Origin: a virus | Taxonomy: Duplodnaviria; Caudoviricetes | Virus record (IMG/VR): IMGVR_UViG_2974611114_000001 | Coordinates: 1-64,000 of that record | Reading direction: 5' to 3' (one strand) | Length of the DNA: 64,000 bases | Part shown: one piece after another, positions 60,383-64,000 of the stretch | How the letters are laid out: every line of letters starts with the position of its first letter | How positions within the stretch are numbered: position 1 is the first letter of the stretch | The notes under the pieces: generated by a model | What the model was told of the DNA's origin: nothing | The model's input: only the letters and a program-made list of their open reading frames with translations | Database searches by the model: none | Program-made: the position numbers and the translations under genes

Positions 60383-60856
60383 ATGTTAGAAATATATACA
60401 GATGGGGGATGTCACGGAAACCCTGGAGTAGGTGCATGGGCATTTGTAGTATATGATGCACTAGGGCATAAGATAGGTACAAAGTCTAACTACGCAGAGG
60501 AGATCACTACTAATATTAGGATGGAAATGCAGGCAATCCTAGAGGCGTTAAAGTTTGTAAATAAGCATAAAAAGAAATGCGAGATATTAACAGACTCAAA
60601 ATTCTCTATTGACGCTATAACAAAATGGTTGCCTGGGTGGAAACGTAGAGGTTGGAAGAAGGCAAGTGGCGAACCTGTAGCCAACCAAGACCTATGGGAA
60701 CTAATAGACAGAGAACTTCAGCAATATTTTAATAACAATAAAATTACAGTATCCCTAACTCATGTTAAAGGGCACTCAGGTATACAAGGAAATGAAGAAG
60801 CTGATGAGCTTACTCAAATCCGAATCTCAGATAGAGAGCTAGATCTGCGAATGTAA
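60383..60856 (+). CDS. rnhA: ribonuclease HI
   Basis: YTDG, GNPG, TTNIRME, TDS, V.NQDLW, HVKGHSG..GNE.AD. Confidence 0.96.
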   Translation: MLEIYTDGGCHGNPGVGAWAFVVYDALGHKIGTKSNYAEEITTNIRMEMQAILEALKFVNKHKKKCEILTDSKFSIDAITKWLPGWKRRGWKKASGEPVANQDLWELIDRELQQYFNNNKITVSLTHVKGHSGIQGNEEADELTQIRISDRELDLRM

Positions 60857-60873
60857 ATAATTTAAAATTTTAG

Positions 60874-60902
60874 TTGCAAAACTTCTAAAAAGAACGTATA
60901 AT
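60874..60902 (+). promoter_or_regulatory. sigma70-type promoter
   Basis: TTGCAA-17-TATAAT. Confidence 0.75.
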
Positions 60903-60989
60903 ATATCTTATAAATTGAGTTAACAGTCAAATGTATTTTAATGACCTATTTGCAGATAGGTCTCCAAACAACTAAAAGGAAACTAAATA

Positions 60990-61340
60990 ATGGCTAAGAA
61001 ACCACAAGCGAACGTAGAAGTTAAAGTAGATGCTAAAGTTCTGGCAACGCAAAAACGCCGTGAACAGCGTATCGCACGCCATATGAAGAAGCATGAGAAC
61101 GATGCCCAAACGGCTAATGCCCCTAAAGAGGGAGCTATCCGTAAAGCTCCTAAAGTTAAGGGTAACTTCCCTGCCAAAAAGCACTGGGTATATGATGCTA
61201 CTGGTGCTAAAACAGAGTTTTCTTCTTCATCTAAGGATGCCCCAAATAAAGAGATTTGGGAAATCTCTAAGGAAAATGCCTTAGAAGATCGCAAAAAGAA
61301 AGGAACACGTCGTGGAAAGAAATCTGGTAGCAAAGCATGA
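60990..61340 (+). CDS. basic hypothetical protein
   Basis: AAGGA RBS; Lys/Arg-rich; RIARHMKKHEND. Confidence 0.75.
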   Translation: MAKKPQANVEVKVDAKVLATQKRREQRIARHMKKHENDAQTANAPKEGAIRKAPKVKGNFPAKKHWVYDATGAKTEFSSSSKDAPNKEIWEISKENALEDRKKKGTRRGKKSGSKA

Positions 61341-61506
61341 CTTTAACAAGGGCGGTGCACACCGCTCTCTAAAAGACTATGCTAGAGAACGTCCCAATAT
61401 TTTAGATTGTTGGGACGAGTATGAAGATATGGTAGATGAAGCCTACCATTATGAGCTAGACAATAAAGTAGATCCTCTAGGGGATCTATCAAAGATTCTA
61501 CTTTGA
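61312..61506 (+). CDS. small hypothetical protein
   Basis: NLVAKHDFNKGGAH motif of a small phage protein family; start uncertain. Confidence 0.55.
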   Translation: MERNLVAKHDFNKGGAHRSLKDYARERPNILDCWDEYEDMVDEAYHYELDNKVDPLGDLSKILL

Positions 61507-61536
61507 TAGATTTCTTACTTTAACTTAGGAGCAGTA

Positions 61537-62295
61537 ATGAAACAGTTAGCATTATTAGGTTTAGATATCGAAACGTTATCACGACCAAAGGAGGCAGCTT
61601 TAGATGGTAAGGTTGTAAACATGACATCTTTTGCATTTGTGTTAATGACACCACAAGGTGAGGTGGCTACACTATATGTACGTCTCCCAGCTAATTTACA
61701 AACACTTCGCGGATACCATGTAGATTTTAATACACTGGAATGGTGGTTAGATAGTGAGATGATCTCCGAACCTGTGCGTGACGCACAAAGAGCAGGCTGG
61801 ACACTAGAAGAACCTGTTGGTATGCTCATGTATAACGGTACTATGGGGGATGTAGTGACTTTAACTACAGAAACCCATGATCTAGATTACCTTATAAATA
61901 CCTTTATTAAGCAAGTATCTAAGGTTCGTAAGGAATATGGAAAGATTCATGCTGTAGGAAACGGACCGGACTTCGATATGGTTATCTACGAAGCCTTCAT
62001 GGCATCCGAGTTCCCTAAACTTGATTGTATGCCGTACCATTTTAGTGAGGTTGGTAGCTCTAGAACTCTAAAAGCGTTAGCACGAGCTAATATGGAAGAG
62101 TGTGAATACTTCGCTCTAGAAAAAGAAGCGGAGGCAGGTGCTAATTCAGCGGCTAGTTTCATTATGAGAGAGATGGCAATTAAAGTATCTTCTGATTTTA
62201 TGGCTAAATTAGCATTTGTACCTAACTGGCACGACGCATTATTCGATAGCCTAAATGAAACAATCTTCAACCACTTAATTATTGAAAAATTGTAA
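61537..62295 (+). CDS. DEDDh 3'-5' exonuclease-like protein
   Basis: LDIETL, TLEWW, GNGPDFD, HDALFD. Confidence 0.75.
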   Translation: MKQLALLGLDIETLSRPKEAALDGKVVNMTSFAFVLMTPQGEVATLYVRLPANLQTLRGYHVDFNTLEWWLDSEMISEPVRDAQRAGWTLEEPVGMLMYNGTMGDVVTLTTETHDLDYLINTFIKQVSKVRKEYGKIHAVGNGPDFDMVIYEAFMASEFPKLDCMPYHFSEVGSSRTLKALARANMEECEYFALEKEAEAGANSAASFIMREMAIKVSSDFMAKLAFVPNWHDALFDSLNETIFNHLIIEKL

Positions 62296-62324
62296 TTGAC
62301 ATAACGCTTAAATTAACGTATAAT
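62296..62324 (+). promoter_or_regulatory. perfect sigma70 promoter
   Basis: TTGACA-17-TATAAT. Confidence 0.85.
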
Positions 62325-62359
62325 ATCTTTATAAATTAAACAAACAGAGGAACTAAAAT

Positions 62360-62650
62360 ATGGAAGATTTAACCAAACAAGAAATCGAACAGGCAATGTC
62401 GGATATGTCAGTAGAGGAGCGAGCACACTTTGAACAGCACCTACAAAACTTAAAGGCATTAAAGCGCCGTACAGAACGAGCTATGCTGGGTAGTAAGCAC
62501 CCAAAACAGCGCAGAACTGTAACTATCACTCAAGTTAGTGATCGTTTTTCTGGGTTAACTAAAATTTATAAATTCTTAGCTCGTGCAGTTCCGTCAATTG
62601 ATACAAGCAATACTACTATGTTGCGAGTTGCAGAGTCCTACGGACTATAA
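62360..62650 (+). CDS. hypothetical protein
   Basis: GAGGA RBS, own promoter. Confidence 0.7.
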   Translation: MEDLTKQEIEQAMSDMSVEERAHFEQHLQNLKALKRRTERAMLGSKHPKQRRTVTITQVSDRFSGLTKIYKFLARAVPSIDTSNTTMLRVAESYGL

Positions 62651-62716
62651 ATTAGCATTAGGGGATTCTTTGGAGTCCCCTCTACTAAGGGAACACCTTT
62701 AGTAGAGGAGGGTATA

Positions 62717-63148
62717 ATGCTAACAACAAATATGGCATTTCTTATAGGCACGCTACTACTTAATGCGCCTGGTCTAGTAAATGATGAAGTACATTGTTTA
62801 ACAGAAAATATCTATTATGAAGCTAGGGCGGAACCGCTAGACGGACTATACGCGGTAGCAGAAGTAACCTATAATAGAGTACATAGTCCAGTCTTTAAAA
62901 AAGATACGGCATGTGGTGTTATTTATCAGCCATATCAATTTGCATGGACTAGGAGTAAGTATCCTATTAGAGAGCCAGCCATGTGGGAAAGATCACAAAA
63001 AGTAGCATTATCTTATTACTACTTTGGAAAGTGGGTAAAGCCAGTTGTACCAGAAGCACTCTTTTTCCATAGCGGTAAACCACTAGGATACCATAGTAGG
63101 CTGACCTATTTAAAACAGATAGGCGGGCACAAATTTTACTCACTTTAA
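62717..63148 (+). CDS. SleB-like cell wall hydrolase (Hydrolase_2)
   Basis: CLTENIYYEARAE, AVAEV..NR, YQF.W, IGGHKFY; N-terminal signal-like segment. Confidence 0.9.
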   Translation: MLTTNMAFLIGTLLLNAPGLVNDEVHCLTENIYYEARAEPLDGLYAVAEVTYNRVHSPVFKKDTACGVIYQPYQFAWTRSKYPIREPAMWERSQKVALSYYYFGKWVKPVVPEALFFHSGKPLGYHSRLTYLKQIGGHKFYSL

Positions 63149-63160
63149 GGAGACATAAGT

Positions 63161-64000
63161 ATGTCTAAGGAAAAGCAATTCGCCCCTGTACCAGAGCAGG
63201 AAGATTTATATAGGGAGCTATCCAGAATTGTTGAGATATTTAAAGTATCTAAAGGCGAACTACGACCACATTTTATGTTATCTGGTGCATCAGGGTCAGG
63301 AAAATCATTTCTTATACAAGCACTGGCATCCATAGCAAAAGTTGGTTTTCTTGAAATTAACGCAGCTCAGCTAACTAAAGAAGGCGTGTCTGGAAATAGC
63401 TTATCAAAGGCACTTAGTCCCCTTAGAGAGCGAGCTGGTAAACCTACAATAGTATTTGTTGATGAATTTGACAAACTGTTCATCTCTGGTAATACTAATA
63501 GTGAATTAGCCCATGAAAGTACTAATGGGGTTCAAAACGAGTTTCTAAAAATTCTAGAATCGGAAACTACTTCTGTATTTGGGGACTATGGCAAGTATGT
63601 AGAAGTTCCAACAAATAATGTTTTATATGTATTTGCAGGAGCATTCAATGGTGCCGAAAATCTGACGCTAGACAAGTTACGGGATATGGGAATTAAGACA
63701 GAGTTTCTAGGTCGTGTTGGGTTGATATATAATACTACCAAAATATCGTTGTCTAGTATGTTAAACTTCTTAACAGAAAATACACTACTAGACAAATATT
63801 TGAGTATCTTTCCTGAAGTAGATAAGCAGGAAGTAATAGATACTTTAATCCCTATCGTTAAAGATCAGTATGAGGAAAATACTCTTGGTCTTAGAATGAT
63901 AAACACCCTAATAACTAAATATTTTGTTAGTGAAGGTAAAATGACTCAGGGCAGTACTGATGAAGCCCCTGTATTACACCGAACACTTAAATTTGGAGCC
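63161..64000 (+). CDS. ClpX/HslU-like AAA+ ATPase (runs off the window end; absent from the ORF track)
   Basis: Manual translation: GASGSGKS, VFVDEFDK, VQNEFLKILE, FAGAF, EFLGR. Confidence 0.85.
   Translation, partial: MSKEKQFAPVPEQEDLYRELSRIVEIFKVSKGELRPHFMLSGASGSGKSFLIQALASIAKVGFLEINAAQLTKEGVSGNSLSKALSPLRERAGKPTIVFVDEFDKLFISGNTNSELAHESTNGVQNEFLKILESETTSVFGDYGKYVEVPTNNVLYVFAGAFNGAENLTLDKLRDMGIKTEFLGRVGLIYNTTKISLSSMLNFLTENTLLDKYLSIFPEVDKQEVIDTLIPIVKDQYEENTLGLRMINTLITKYFVSEGKMTQGSTDEAPVLHRTLKFGA

Noticed and set aside
1-64000. tRNA/tmRNA genes, integrase, anti-CRISPR or DGR cassette
   Set aside because: No cloverleaf, recombinase, reverse transcriptase or template/variable repeat pair was recognised in this window

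Overview
A 64-kb segment of a lytic T5-like siphophage genome (Demerecviridae-type gene order). Bases 1-25.7 kb (+ strand) hold the packaging, head, tail and fibre module: terS, terL, a pb5-like receptor-binding protein, HNH nickase, portal, decoration protein, protease, capsid, tail tube, chaperones, tape measure, Dit, hub, straight fibre, collar and L-fibre. Bases 25.7-52.4 kb (- strand) hold the replication/recombination module: dut, D15, D14, D13/D12, D11, D10, PolA, primase, D6 helicase, D5, split NAD ligase, D3, D2, origin-binding protein and nrdD. Bases 52.6-64 kb (+ strand) hold nucleotide-metabolism and accessory genes: phoH, nrdA/B, DHFR, thyA, RNase H, an exonuclease, a SleB-like hydrolase and a partial ClpX-like ATPase. 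The L-fibre C-terminus resembles Proteus/Providencia prophage fibres, so a Morganellaceae host is plausible (inference). Highlights: (1) a ~700-nt ORF-free, promoter-driven, highly structured element with internal repeats directly upstream of the primase/helicase-like origin-binding gene, a candidate large ncRNA or RNA-primed origin; (2) an intact group IA2-type intron with a two-motif LAGLIDADG ORF splitting the DNA polymerase at motif B; (3) a LAGLIDADG intein in NrdA; (4) a probable +1 (UUU_CGU) frameshift in the tail chaperone pair; (5) a relocated RBP gene; (6) a promoter-bearing pair of paralogous Zn-ribbon genes between nrdA and nrdB. No tRNA, rRNA or CRISPR array was seen. All family calls rest on motif recognition and synteny, not database searches.
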